This document shows positions 7,967 to 18,683 of a stretch of 38,097 nucleotides of DNA, piece by piece. Every line of letters starts with the position of its first letter. The stretch's first letter is position 1. The position numbers and the translations under genes are program-made. The stretch spans positions 1 through 38,097 of the forward strand of contig JBKJPI010000027.1 in NCBI GenBank assembly GCA_046595235.1, in the 5' to 3' direction. A model generated the notes under the pieces. It was not told where the DNA came from. It made no database searches and was given only the letters and a program-made list of their open reading frames with translations. The stretch comes from Burkholderiales bacterium. GTDB taxonomy: Bacteria; Pseudomonadota; Gammaproteobacteria; Burkholderiales; SG8-41.

Positions 7967-8875
7967 TTACCTTGCACGTGCTTCGGCGAGGTGGCGCGCA
8001 ACTGACAGCCACGCGCCCAGCCACCCGAGAGCAGCGGCGAAAACCAGCAAGCTCGCCGCATCCATATGCGACAGGTAGTCGAGCTGCCAGCGGGCTCCGT
8101 AAAGGTGCGACAGGTCTGCGAGCGCTCCGTTCAGCACGTGCCAGGCCAGCCACACTAGACCCGCGGCCGCGAGCCCGCCGAGCAGTCCCAGCAGTGCCCC
8201 GTAGTACAAAAACGGCCTGCGGATGAACGCGGGCGTCGCACCGATCAGCGTTGCGACTTCGATCTCCTCGCGCTGCGTCAGAATTTGCAGCCGGATCGTG
8301 TTGAACGTGACCGCGACGAGCGCGAAGGCGAGAAGCGTCGCCAGCAGCAGCGCTGCGAGCCGCCCGAGTTGCAGCACGGCGTCGAGGCGCTGCGCCCACT
8401 CGGTGTCGAGCTGGACGTGTGCGACTTTCGGCAGCCCCGCCAGCTCAACCCGGAGCCTTTCGAGCGCGGGTGGACGCGTGTCGCGCGGATCGACAACGAA
8501 GGCGTCGGGCAGCGGATTCTGGGCGAGGGCCTCGGCAACGCCTGCCATGCCGCTTGCGCGCTTCATGTCCTCGAGCGCTTTTTCCCGCGGGACGTGCCGG
8601 GCTTTTGCAATCGCCGTGTTCGCCGCCAGTCGTGCCTCGACTTGTTGAAGCTCGAGGCGGGTGGCTTCCAGCGCGAGGAACACGGTGAGCTGCGGGTTCG
8701 GGGACGCCGTCCGCGCAGCCTTCTGGAGGTTCACGAGCCCCACGTAAAGCACCGCGGGCAGTGCGAGCGCGATACCGAGAACCACCACGTTGAACAAGGT
8801 AGCAAACGGCGTCCGCACGAATTTCCCGATCGTGCCGCGGAACGCACGCCCGTGCTGGCTGATCCACGACCTCAT
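7967..8875 (-). CDS. ftsX: Cell division ABC transporter permease FtsX
   Basis: 302 aa with four TM segments and a large periplasmic loop. It lies directly downstream of ftsE with a 4-nt overlap. Confidence 0.92.
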   Translation of the reverse strand: MRSWISQHGRAFRGTIGKFVRTPFATLFNVVVLGIALALPAVLYVGLVNLQKAARTASPNPQLTVFLALEATRLELQQVEARLAANTAIAKARHVPREKALEDMKRASGMAGVAEALAQNPLPDAFVVDPRDTRPPALERLRVELAGLPKVAHVQLDTEWAQRLDAVLQLGRLAALLLATLLAFALVAVTFNTIRLQILTQREEIEVATLIGATPAFIRRPFLYYGALLGLLGGLAAAGLVWLAWHVLNGALADLSHLYGARWQLDYLSHMDAASLLVFAAALGWLGAWLSVARHLAEARAR

Positions 8876-9546
8876 GCTGCAACGGCCGGAGTGTCCGCCC
8901 CGATACGACCCGAAGCCACCATGATGAGGCGGGGCGCGAGGTTGTCGGCGAGGTTCATGTCATGAGTGGCGATGACCACCGTCGCACCGACCTGGTTGAA
9001 CGCGCGGAAGAGCTCCCCGATCTCGGCTGCGTAGGCGGGGTCTAGGTTCCCCGTCGGCTCGTCCGCGAGAAGTATTGCCGGACGATGCACGACCGCGCGC
9101 GCTATACAAAGGCGTTGCTGCTCGCCCCCCGACATCGTGACCGGCATCGCATTCTCGTGCTTCAGCAGCCCTACCTTGTCCAGCGCCGCCCGGGCCCGCC
9201 GCGCGGCGTCGCGGCGGTCGTAACCGAGGATATTGAGCGGCAGCATCACATTGTCGAAAACGCTACGGTCGAAGAGGAGCTTGTGGTCCTGGAAGACGAG
9301 CCCGAGGTTCCGACGCAGGTATGGCACTGCGCGCGCCCGGAGCGTGCCGACGTTCTGCCCGTTTACGACGACTGAGCCAGCTGTTGGCCGCTCGATCCCC
9401 GCCATGAGCTTGAGGAGCGTGCTTTTTCCGGCGCCCGAATGGCCCATGAGGAACACCATTTCACCCGCGGCGACGGCAAGTGTGGCATCCCTGAGCGCTT
9501 CGTGCCCGCCTGGATAGCGCTTGGTGACCTTGGATAGGGCGATCAC
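8872..9546 (-). CDS. ftsE: Cell division ATP-binding protein FtsE
   Basis: Walker A GHSGAGKST, ABC signature MSGGEQQR and Walker B ILLADEPTG. 224 aa. Confidence 0.95.
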   Translation of the reverse strand: MIALSKVTKRYPGGHEALRDATLAVAAGEMVFLMGHSGAGKSTLLKLMAGIERPTAGSVVVNGQNVGTLRARAVPYLRRNLGLVFQDHKLLFDRSVFDNVMLPLNILGYDRRDAARRARAALDKVGLLKHENAMPVTMSGGEQQRLCIARAVVHRPAILLADEPTGNLDPAYAAEIGELFRAFNQVGATVVIATHDMNLADNLAPRLIMVASGRIGADTPAVAA

Positions 9547-10646
9547 GACTCGTCGTCGCCGAGCAGCGCTGCCACGAAATCTTCAGCATCGAAAGGGCGC
9601 AGGTCTTCGATGCCTTCGCCGACGCCAATGAACCGCAGCGGTATTGGCTCGCGCGGATGCGCTTTTGCGCGCGTGTGCGCGATCGCCGCAATCACACCGC
9701 CCCTGGCGGTGCCGTCGAGCTTCGTCATCACGAGCCCGGTTACGCCGAGCGCTTCGTCGAACGCTTTTACCTGCGCGAGCGCATTCTGTCCGGTGTTCGC
9801 ATCGAGCACGAGCAGCACTTCGTGGGGTGCGCCCGGGAGCGCCTTGTCGATGACGCGCTTCACCTTGCGGATTTCTTCCATCAGGTGGAGCTGGGTCGGC
9901 AGACGCCCGGCCGTGTCGGCGAGAACGACGTCGATGCCGCGCGCAATCGCCGCGTTCACTGCGTCGTAAATGACCGCAGCTGCATCACCGGAGGCCGGTG
10001 CCACGACCGCGACATTGTTGCGCTCGCCCCAAGCGACGAGCTGCTCGCGCGCGGCGGCGCGGAAAGTGTCGCCCGCGGCCATGAGAACTGTCCTGCCCTG
10101 ACGCTGATAGTAATGCGCAAGTTTCCCGATCGAGGTTGTCTTACCCGCGCCATTCACACCCGCGAGCATGATCACGAAAGGCTTCGTGGTCCCGACATCG
10201 AGCGGCCGCGCAAGGGGCCGAAGCAATTCGAGCAGTAGATCCCCGAGCGCTTCCCTGAGCTCCGACGCTTCCGTAAACCCTTCACGCCGTGCGCGGGCGC
10301 GGAGGTTATCGATGAGGAACGCGGTTGGGGCGACGCCGACGTCAGAGGTGAGGAGCACTGTTTCGAGCTCCTCATAAAAGCTTTCGTCTATCTTTCGCCC
10401 GATGCCGAAAACGCCCACGAGCTGGCCGCCGAGCTGTCGGCGGGTTTTCGATAGACCGAGCTTGAGCTTGGAAAACCACCCCGTAGCTTCCCGCGCAGGT
10501 TCAACCTGTGCGGCAGGTGCAGGCGTGATGACAACCTCTACTGCGGGGATGTCGAGGCCGATTTGCTGATCAGCCGGAGCGGGCGCCTGCGGTTGGGCGG
10601 GCGCCTCACTCTCGCCGCGCGGCTTGCGCTTGAAGAAACCAAACAT
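9543..10646 (-). CDS. ftsY: Signal recognition particle receptor FtsY
   Basis: Acidic and proline-rich N-terminus followed by an SRP-GTPase NG domain (GVNGAGKTTSIGKLA, DTAGRL, TKLDG). Confidence 0.95.
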   Translation of the reverse strand: MFGFFKRKPRGESEAPAQPQAPAPADQQIGLDIPAVEVVITPAPAAQVEPAREATGWFSKLKLGLSKTRRQLGGQLVGVFGIGRKIDESFYEELETVLLTSDVGVAPTAFLIDNLRARARREGFTEASELREALGDLLLELLRPLARPLDVGTTKPFVIMLAGVNGAGKTTSIGKLAHYYQRQGRTVLMAAGDTFRAAAREQLVAWGERNNVAVVAPASGDAAAVIYDAVNAAIARGIDVVLADTAGRLPTQLHLMEEIRKVKRVIDKALPGAPHEVLLVLDANTGQNALAQVKAFDEALGVTGLVMTKLDGTARGGVIAAIAHTRAKAHPREPIPLRFIGVGEGIEDLRPFDAEDFVAALLGDDES

Positions 10647-10762
10647 GATTGAAGGGGTCTTACGTAAGACAGGGCGCCGCGAAGACTTCTGCTCGAGAAG
10701 TTGCGTGCGCTTAATTGGTTACAATTCTACCCCACCCCTCAAGCCGGACCTTCCCCATCGCA

Positions 10763-12163
10763 ATGACACTGCACCACGCAGCAGGACGTCTTTTCGTCTC
10801 GTTATTCCCTCTTTTGCTGCTCGGTCTCTCGAATGCGGTCGCGGCTGCCGCGAGCGCAGATGTGTGGGAAGGCCAGCTTCCGAACGGAATGCGCGTTCTC
10901 GTCAAACCGGACCATCGCGCCCCAGTGGTCGTTTGCATGGTTTGGTACAAGGTCGGCAGCATGGACGAGACGAGCGGGCAGACAGGTGTTGCGCACGTGC
11001 TCGAGCACATGCTTTTCAAAGGCACGAAAGCGGTCCCCGCGGGCGAGTTCTCGAGGATCATCGCCGAGGCGGGGGGCCGCGACAATGCATTCACCAGCCG
11101 GGATTACACCGGTTACTTCCAGACCCTACACAAATCGCAGCTCGCGCTCGCGATGAGGCTGGAAGCCGATCGCATGGTGAATGCAGTCATCTCGCCGGAT
11201 GAATTCGCAAAAGAAATTCGCGTCGTCATGGAAGAGCGCCGCTGGCGCACCGATGATCGCCCGCGTGCGCTTGTATACGAGCAGCTGAATGCCGCCGCGT
11301 TCAAGGCGCACCCGTACCGTAATCCGATTGTCGGCTGGATGGACGATCTCATGAACATGCGCACCGAAGATGCGCGCGTTTTTTACGAGCGGTGGTACGC
11401 GCCGAACAACGCGACGCTCGTCATCGTGGGCGACGTGACACCCGATGAAGTCATGAAACTTGCGCGTCAGCACTTCGGCCCGCTCGCAAGGAAAACACTG
11501 CCGGCGAGGAGAATCACTGAAGAGCCGCCACAGCTTGGGCCTCAGCAGTTGACGGTTCGCGCGCCGGCGGAGCTTCCATACGTGCTGATGGCATTCCGCG
11601 CACCGGTGCTGCGCGACCCGGAGGCTGACTGGGAGCCGTACGCGCTCGAGATGCTCGCGAACGTACTGGACGGCAACGACGCCGCACGGCTCAATCGCGC
11701 GCTCGTTCGCACCGACCGCATCGCATCTTCCGCGGGTGCAAGTTACGACGGCGTCGGCCGCGGTCCGGGACTCTTCCTCCTCAGCGGCACACCGACGCAA
11801 GGCAAGACCGCGCAAGAGCTCGAGCAGGCGCTCAAAGGTGAAGTGGCCAGGCTGATTTCAGAAGGTGTGACCGAGGACGAGCTGCAGCGTGTAAAGTCGC
11901 AAGTCGTTGCGTCGCACGTCTACGAACGCGATTCGATGTTCTATCAGGCGCGGCAGATCGGGTCGCTGGACATGGCGGGACTCTCGCCGAAAGTGATCGA
12001 CCTCTTCGTGGAGAAGCTGAAGGCGGTCACCGCGGAACAGGTAATCGCGGTAGCCAGAAAGTATCTCGTCGATGGGGGTCTCACCGTGGCATACCTCGAC
12101 CCGCAGCCGCTTTCGGGCAAACGCCCGGCGGCCCCTCCCGCAGGAGCGCGCCATGCGCAGTAA
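10763..12163 (+). CDS. M16 (pitrilysin) family zinc peptidase, active-site subunit, secreted
   Basis: HxxEH zinc motif (GVAHVLEHMLFKGT). Signal-peptide-like N-terminus after ATG 10763. Confidence 0.9.
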   Translation: MTLHHAAGRLFVSLFPLLLLGLSNAVAAAASADVWEGQLPNGMRVLVKPDHRAPVVVCMVWYKVGSMDETSGQTGVAHVLEHMLFKGTKAVPAGEFSRIIAEAGGRDNAFTSRDYTGYFQTLHKSQLALAMRLEADRMVNAVISPDEFAKEIRVVMEERRWRTDDRPRALVYEQLNAAAFKAHPYRNPIVGWMDDLMNMRTEDARVFYERWYAPNNATLVIVGDVTPDEVMKLARQHFGPLARKTLPARRITEEPPQLGPQQLTVRAPAELPYVLMAFRAPVLRDPEADWEPYALEMLANVLDGNDAARLNRALVRTDRIASSAGASYDGVGRGPGLFLLSGTPTQGKTAQELEQALKGEVARLISEGVTEDELQRVKSQVVASHVYERDSMFYQARQIGSLDMAGLSPKVIDLFVEKLKAVTAEQVIAVARKYLVDGGLTVAYLDPQPLSGKRPAAPPAGARHAQ

Positions 12164-13502
12164 GGCCCTTCGCTTCGCTTTGTCCGCATTTCTGCTTGCA
12201 CTCACGCAGGCCGCGCACGCGTTACTGCCGATTCAGTACTGGGAGACACAGCGCGGTGCGAGAGTGTATTTCGTGCAGAACCGCGATTTGCCGATGCTCG
12301 ACGTCAGCGTCGACTTTCCCGCAGGCGCGGGTTTCGACACGGCCGGGCGCTCGGGTCTGGCGAACATGACGGCGCACATGCTCAAGCTCGGCGCCGCAGG
12401 CATGGATGAAGACGCTATCGCGCGCAGGGTTGCGGACGTCGGCGCGCAGCTTTCCGGCCGCTTCGACTCGGACCGCGCCGGCGCGGGGGTGCGCACGCTT
12501 TCGAGCGCCAAGGAGCGCCAGCAGGCTCTGGACATTCTGGCGCGTGTGCTTACCCAGCCGACGTTTCCCGCGAATGTGCTCGAGCGCGAAAAAGTACGCT
12601 TGATCAGCGGCCTCAAGGAAGCCGACACAAAGCCTGACACGATCGCCGCCCGCACCTTTGCGCGGCTGGTGTATGGGCCGCATCCTTACGGACTGCGCTC
12701 CTCGGGCGAAGTGGAAACGGTGTCCAGGTTCACGCGCGAGGACCTCGCTGCGTTTCACCGCGCGCATTACAGCGCCGGCCGCGCGGTGGTGGCGCTGATG
12801 GGCGACGTGACGCGGGAAGAGGCGGCCGCAATCGCCGAAGCGCTGACTGCAGGATTGCCGGCGGGAGACGCCGTGGCTGCGGAGATCCCGGCCGTGACGC
12901 AGCTCGCGAAAGGCGAGACTGCGTGGATTACTCACCACGCGACGCAAAGTCATATTCTCGTGGGCGCGCCGGGAATTCGTCGCGACGACCCGGATTACTT
13001 CGCACTCTTCATCGGCAACCATGTCCTCGGCGGCGGCGGCTTTACGTCCCGCATTACCGAGGAAGTGCGGCAGAAGCGGGGCCTGGCCTACTCTGCATAC
13101 AGCTATTTTTCGCCCATGCTGCGTGAAGGTCTTTTCGTGATCGGCATGCAAACGCAGGCGTCTCAGGCGGGGGCGGCACTCGACGTCGTCCGGAAGACGC
13201 TTGCGGATTTTCTTGCCGACGGTCCGACAGTGAAAGAGCTTGCTGCAGCGAAGAAGAACATCATCGGCGGCTTTCCATTGCGCATCGACAGCAATCGCAA
13301 GATTCACGAATATCTGGCGCTGATCGGCTTCTATCGCATGCCGCTCACGTACCTCGACGAGTTCACCGGCAACGTGGAGCGCGTCACGGGCGAGCAGATC
13401 CGCGCTGCCTTCAAGCGCCGTATCGATACCAACCGCATGGTCACGGTGGTGGTGGGGCCTTCTGCGGAGAAAGCGGCGAGCGCGGCTGTGTTGCCGCAAT
13501 AG
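12153..13502 (+). CDS. M16 family peptidase-like protein lacking HxxEH (probable non-catalytic partner), secreted
   Basis: Signal peptide MRSKALRFALSAFLLALTQAAHA. M16-like N- and C-domain architecture, but with GLANMTAHMLKLG in place of HxxEH. Its ATG overlaps the upstream gene by 11 nt. Confidence 0.85.
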   Translation: MRSKALRFALSAFLLALTQAAHALLPIQYWETQRGARVYFVQNRDLPMLDVSVDFPAGAGFDTAGRSGLANMTAHMLKLGAAGMDEDAIARRVADVGAQLSGRFDSDRAGAGVRTLSSAKERQQALDILARVLTQPTFPANVLEREKVRLISGLKEADTKPDTIAARTFARLVYGPHPYGLRSSGEVETVSRFTREDLAAFHRAHYSAGRAVVALMGDVTREEAAAIAEALTAGLPAGDAVAAEIPAVTQLAKGETAWITHHATQSHILVGAPGIRRDDPDYFALFIGNHVLGGGGFTSRITEEVRQKRGLAYSAYSYFSPMLREGLFVIGMQTQASQAGAALDVVRKTLADFLADGPTVKELAAAKKNIIGGFPLRIDSNRKIHEYLALIGFYRMPLTYLDEFTGNVERVTGEQIRAAFKRRIDTNRMVTVVVGPSAEKAASAAVLPQ

Positions 13503-13505
13503 ATC

Positions 13506-14839
<1,334 letters not shown>

Positions 14840-14847
14840 GGTATACG

Positions 14848-15666
14848 TCAGCGGCGCTGACAGGTGGGGCAGTAAAAGGTCGAGCGCTGGCCCTGACGTA
14901 TCTCGCGGATCGGTGTGCCGCACGTAAGGCACGGTTCCCCGCCGCGGCCATACACGAGGTGCTCGTTCTGGAAGTAGCCGGCACGGCCGTCGCCGCCGAC
15001 GAAATCGCGTAACGTGCTCCCGCCTGCGGCTATCGCGGCTTCGAGCGTCTCCCGAATCTTCTCGACCAGCACATCGTAGCGGCTGCTCCCGATGCGTCGC
15101 GCTGGCGTCTTCGGATTGATGCCAGCGCGGAACAGCGCTTCACTCGCGTAAATGTTGCCCACTCCCGCAACGACATGGCTGTCCATGAGGACGAGCTTGA
15201 TCGCGGCCGCGCGTTTACGCGTCCCGGTGTAAAGCCATTCGCCACTGAAGTCTTCGGACAGGGGCTCCGGTCCTATGGACGCGAGGAGCGGATGCTCCGG
15301 CGCGTTCGCCTGTCGCCACACGACGAGGCCGAAGCGCCGGGGGTCGCGCAGTCTCACGCTGCGCCCGCTCTCGAGCACGAGGTCGAAGTGATCGTGCTTA
15401 CCCACCGCCGCATCCGAATCGACGAGCCACAGCCGCCCCGACATCCCGAGGTGCACGATCAGCGTGCCGCTGCCGCAATCGATGAGCAGATACTTCCCTC
15501 GGCGGGTAACGGTGCGGATGGTGAGTCCTGCGAGGCGCTTCGCGAGGCCGCGCGGCACCGGCACGCGCAGCGCAGCGTTCCGAACCACGGCTGTGCGGAT
15601 ACGCTGGTTCACGAGATGCGGAGCAAGGCCGCGCCGCGTCGTCTCGACTTCAGGAAGCTCGGGCAC
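14848..15666 (-). CDS. mutM: Formamidopyrimidine-DNA glycosylase
   Basis: N-terminus MPELPEVE (catalytic Pro2) and a C-terminal zinc finger CLTCGTPI...FYCPTC. The GTG start overlaps the stop of the upstream DUF4340 gene by 1 nt. Confidence 0.95.
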   Translation of the reverse strand: MPELPEVETTRRGLAPHLVNQRIRTAVVRNAALRVPVPRGLAKRLAGLTIRTVTRRGKYLLIDCGSGTLIVHLGMSGRLWLVDSDAAVGKHDHFDLVLESGRSVRLRDPRRFGLVVWRQANAPEHPLLASIGPEPLSEDFSGEWLYTGTRKRAAAIKLVLMDSHVVAGVGNIYASEALFRAGINPKTPARRIGSSRYDVLVEKIRETLEAAIAAGGSTLRDFVGGDGRAGYFQNEHLVYGRGGEPCLTCGTPIREIRQGQRSTFYCPTCQRR

Positions 15667-16538
15667 TACTTTTTCTCTTGAGGCGGCAGCAGGAGGCGTT
15701 TTGCGGTGGCGGCGATGAATTGGTATTCGACGCTTTCATCCATCCGCAGCAGCACGAGCTCGGGCTCGCGCTGAAGTATCCCGAGCGTGACGATGCGGTC
15801 GTCCTTCAAGCGAATTACGACGTTTTCTTTTGCGGCGCGTGCGGTGACGTGAGACGCCTGAATCGCGCTTGCCCGGCGCCATGCATCCACCCACGCATTG
15901 CGCGCGTCGGCACCGACATCCTCGGTTTGCGGTGCAATCACCCAAGTCCCATTTTCGTGCGCAGCCTTGAACCCGGGCAGCTCGAAGTGGACAGGTTCTT
16001 CTCCCGGCGCAAAAAGCGATCGTGCGATGAGCGCGTCCGCATCGCGCGGTAACGCCGTGCGGTGCGCCAGTGCGATCGCATAAACGCTATCCCGAGTCAG
16101 CACGTACTGCTCACGGGTCATGGTGTTCACCGCGCCGAAGCTGAAGCTCTGGTCGTTCAGGGTGAGCTTCGGCGGTATTCCGTCGAGACCGTATTTCGCG
16201 AGGTCGTTTGCGCCGTAACGGGTGAGCGTGCGCACTGAAAGGATAGTGAGCAATCGTTCGACCTGCGATGCTTCGGCCCGCGCAGAATAGGGTTCCACGA
16301 TACGCCAGGCGTCGTTCGTGCGAGTCAGCACCACCGTAGCCGGCGCACCCGGTGCGGCAGGTGCTTCGGGCGATGCGGCGGACGACGGGCGCTCGATGCG
16401 GATGCGTTGAACGTCTTTGGCGTTGAGCTCCGACAACGCATGGCTTTGCGTAGCGGTTGCGTGCGGCCGGTAATACACCCACGCGCCCAGCGCTGCCACT
16501 GTTACGAAGAGCGCTACGAGCGAAATCCAGGTACGCAT
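15666..16538 (-). CDS. DUF4340-like protein (auxiliary component of the GldG-type ABC system)
   Basis: N-terminal TM anchor [23 protein letters not shown] followed by a soluble domain. It starts 13 nt downstream of the GldG-like gene. The family call is by resemblance and context only. Confidence 0.65.
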   Translation of the reverse strand: MRTWISLVALFVTVAALGAWVYYRPHATATQSHALSELNAKDVQRIRIERPSSAASPEAPAAPGAPATVVLTRTNDAWRIVEPYSARAEASQVERLLTILSVRTLTRYGANDLAKYGLDGIPPKLTLNDQSFSFGAVNTMTREQYVLTRDSVYAIALAHRTALPRDADALIARSLFAPGEEPVHFELPGFKAAHENGTWVIAPQTEDVGADARNAWVDAWRRASAIQASHVTARAAKENVVIRLKDDRIVTLGILQREPELVLLRMDESVEYQFIAATAKRLLLPPQEKK

Positions 16539-16551
16539 TTCGAGACGCGCG

Positions 16552-17913
16552 CTACGAGGCCTTGCGGCGGCGCCACCAGATGAAGACCCCGATGAGCACG
16601 AACGCAAGCGGCACCACGATGAGAAAGCCGAAGGCGATCGAATATAGCGTGACCTGTCCAATGTCGAGACGGGCATCGGGTACGGGTCGCGGATCGATTG
16701 CGACGAGGCTGTCTTCCGCGGCAAGCCAGTTGATCATTGCCATTCCCAGCTGAAGATTGCCGCCGTTGCCGAGATAAGTGTTCGAGAGAAACGAGCCGCT
16801 GCCGACAACGACCACGCGTTGCTGCCTGTCGCCGACTGTGCGCTCGAACGCCGCTGCGATAGAGACCGGCCCCGGGAGATCGCGCATTTTGTCGAACGTC
16901 GGTTTGTCGTCGAGCGGCCCCACTTCGACCCAGCCGCGCTGCGCGACCTCCACCAGTGGCGCGACTCGCCACTCCTCGTTCTCGGCAAAGCCGATCTGGC
17001 GCGAGTGCGGGAACATCGTGTTGTAACGGAAGGATGCGGTGATCGGGTGGCTGCCATAGCTCGTCGCAACGGCAAATACGGGCGGCCCGCTGCGAGGCCG
17101 CAGCGCCGCATCCACCACCGTGCCGGGTGTGAGCACGAGACGCAGCGTTTCCGCGACCGGGTGCAGGCCACGAAGCGGTTCAGGGTCGATCAGCCACAGC
17201 AGGTTGCCTCCGCCCGCCACATAGCGTCGGATCTTCTCGACCTCGCCCGGCTCGAGGTCGCTCTGCGGGCTTGCGATAACGAGCAGTGCGGCGTTGGTCG
17301 GCACGCCTTGCGCGAGACCCAGGTTGACGCTGTTCAGCTTGAGGCCCTTCTGTGTGAGCTGTCGTCCGAATTCACCGAGATCGTGATTGGCGGGGCCGTC
17401 GAGCCGGCGCTCGCCGTGTCCTTCGAGCCATAGCACGAGGCTCGCGGAGCCGCGCATGAGCCGCATCAGGACGTTTGCAAAGCTCTGCTCGTTGAAGTCG
17501 CCGAGCGGAAGATGCTCGACGCGTTTGCGGTACTCGATCACAAGCTCATTCGGGGTTCTGATCTGTGCCGCTTCCGCGCGCTTCGGCTCTTCGCGGGGGT
17601 CGACCAGCTTCAGCTCGATGTCCGGCTTCGCGCGTCGGTACGGGCGCAGCCGCTCCTCGACGATCTTGTGCACGTTCCCGCCGGCTGGATCCTGTGCAAG
17701 TGCATAGGCGGTGATATTGAGCGGTCCTTCTAGCTGTCGCAGCACGTCGAGCGTGGGCTGCCCGAGCGTGTTGCGCGCGCTCAGGGTCACATCCCACTCC
17801 TTGCGGTATTCGCGAGCGACAAACGCGAGCAGCATCACGAGTCCCAGGACGAGCGCAAGGAAGAGCCCGCCCTGGAGCGTGAGCGTCAGGCGCAGCCGCT
17901 TATTCGCGCGCAT
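16552..17913 (-). CDS. GldG-like ABC transporter auxiliary protein (ABC_transp_aux type)
   Basis: 453 aa with N- and C-terminal TM anchors flanking a large extracytoplasmic domain. It follows an ABC-2 permease with a 1-nt overlap. Confidence 0.78.
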   Translation of the reverse strand: MRANKRLRLTLTLQGGLFLALVLGLVMLLAFVAREYRKEWDVTLSARNTLGQPTLDVLRQLEGPLNITAYALAQDPAGGNVHKIVEERLRPYRRAKPDIELKLVDPREEPKRAEAAQIRTPNELVIEYRKRVEHLPLGDFNEQSFANVLMRLMRGSASLVLWLEGHGERRLDGPANHDLGEFGRQLTQKGLKLNSVNLGLAQGVPTNAALLVIASPQSDLEPGEVEKIRRYVAGGGNLLWLIDPEPLRGLHPVAETLRLVLTPGTVVDAALRPRSGPPVFAVATSYGSHPITASFRYNTMFPHSRQIGFAENEEWRVAPLVEVAQRGWVEVGPLDDKPTFDKMRDLPGPVSIAAAFERTVGDRQQRVVVVGSGSFLSNTYLGNGGNLQLGMAMINWLAAEDSLVAIDPRPVPDARLDIGQVTLYSIAFGFLIVVPLAFVLIGVFIWWRRRKAS

Positions 17914-18683
17914 CAGCCTCTCAGCCGCCGCGCGTCGAGATGGCGCACTGTGAGCACGAGGAAGACGATCGACAGCAGCGCCGAGCAGACGATCGCATAG
18001 CTATCGATCATGCCTTTACCCAGCGGCTCGAAGTTCTTGAGCGGCGAGAAAACCTGTACGAAAGCAGCGGGCACGCTCCAGCCGCGCGCGCGCATGCCGT
18101 CGCCGGCCGCCTCACTCATCAGCAGCATGAGGAGGAGCGCTGCGAATGCGCCAAACGCGGCGGCGACCGGCTGCGCCGTGAGCGATGAGATGTACAGGCT
18201 CACCGCTGCAAAGCTCGCTGCGAGAAGCATGAGCCCGAGACAGAGACTCGCGATGAGACCGTAATCGAGGCTCGTGCTCGCGGCGAGCGAAAGCGGCATC
18301 GCCGAAACAAGGGTTACGATCATCGCAAGGAAGAGCAGGAGGCCAAGAAACTTGCCGAGCACGATCTGAACGATCGATACCGGAGCGGAGGTGAGGAACA
18401 CCATCGTCTGATTGCGCCGCTCTTCGGCGATGAGGCGCATGCCGAGAAGAGGAGACGCGAAAAGCAGAACCACGGCAGCGGTCGCGAAGAGCGGTGCCAC
18501 GACGAGCTCCGTAACACCGGGCGGACTCGCAAGCTGGATGAGCTGCGGCTGCACCTGCAGGAAATCGTCCAGACGCTTCAAAAAAGCCCACCCCGTAATG
18601 AGCTCGACTGCCGTCAGCACCATCCACGCAAGCGGCGAGGCGAAGAGCGATTTCAACTCCTTTGCGGCGATGGTGAAAATCAT
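17913..18683 (-). CDS. ABC-2 type transporter permease (GldF-like)
   Basis: 256 aa with about six TM segments. N-terminus MIFTIAAKELKSLFASPLAW is typical of ABC-2 permeases. 4-nt overlap with the ATPase gene. Confidence 0.85.
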   Translation of the reverse strand: MIFTIAAKELKSLFASPLAWMVLTAVELITGWAFLKRLDDFLQVQPQLIQLASPPGVTELVVAPLFATAAVVLLFASPLLGMRLIAEERRNQTMVFLTSAPVSIVQIVLGKFLGLLLFLAMIVTLVSAMPLSLAASTSLDYGLIASLCLGLMLLAASFAAVSLYISSLTAQPVAAAFGAFAALLLMLLMSEAAGDGMRARGWSVPAAFVQVFSPLKNFEPLGKGMIDSYAIVCSALLSIVFLVLTVRHLDARRLRG

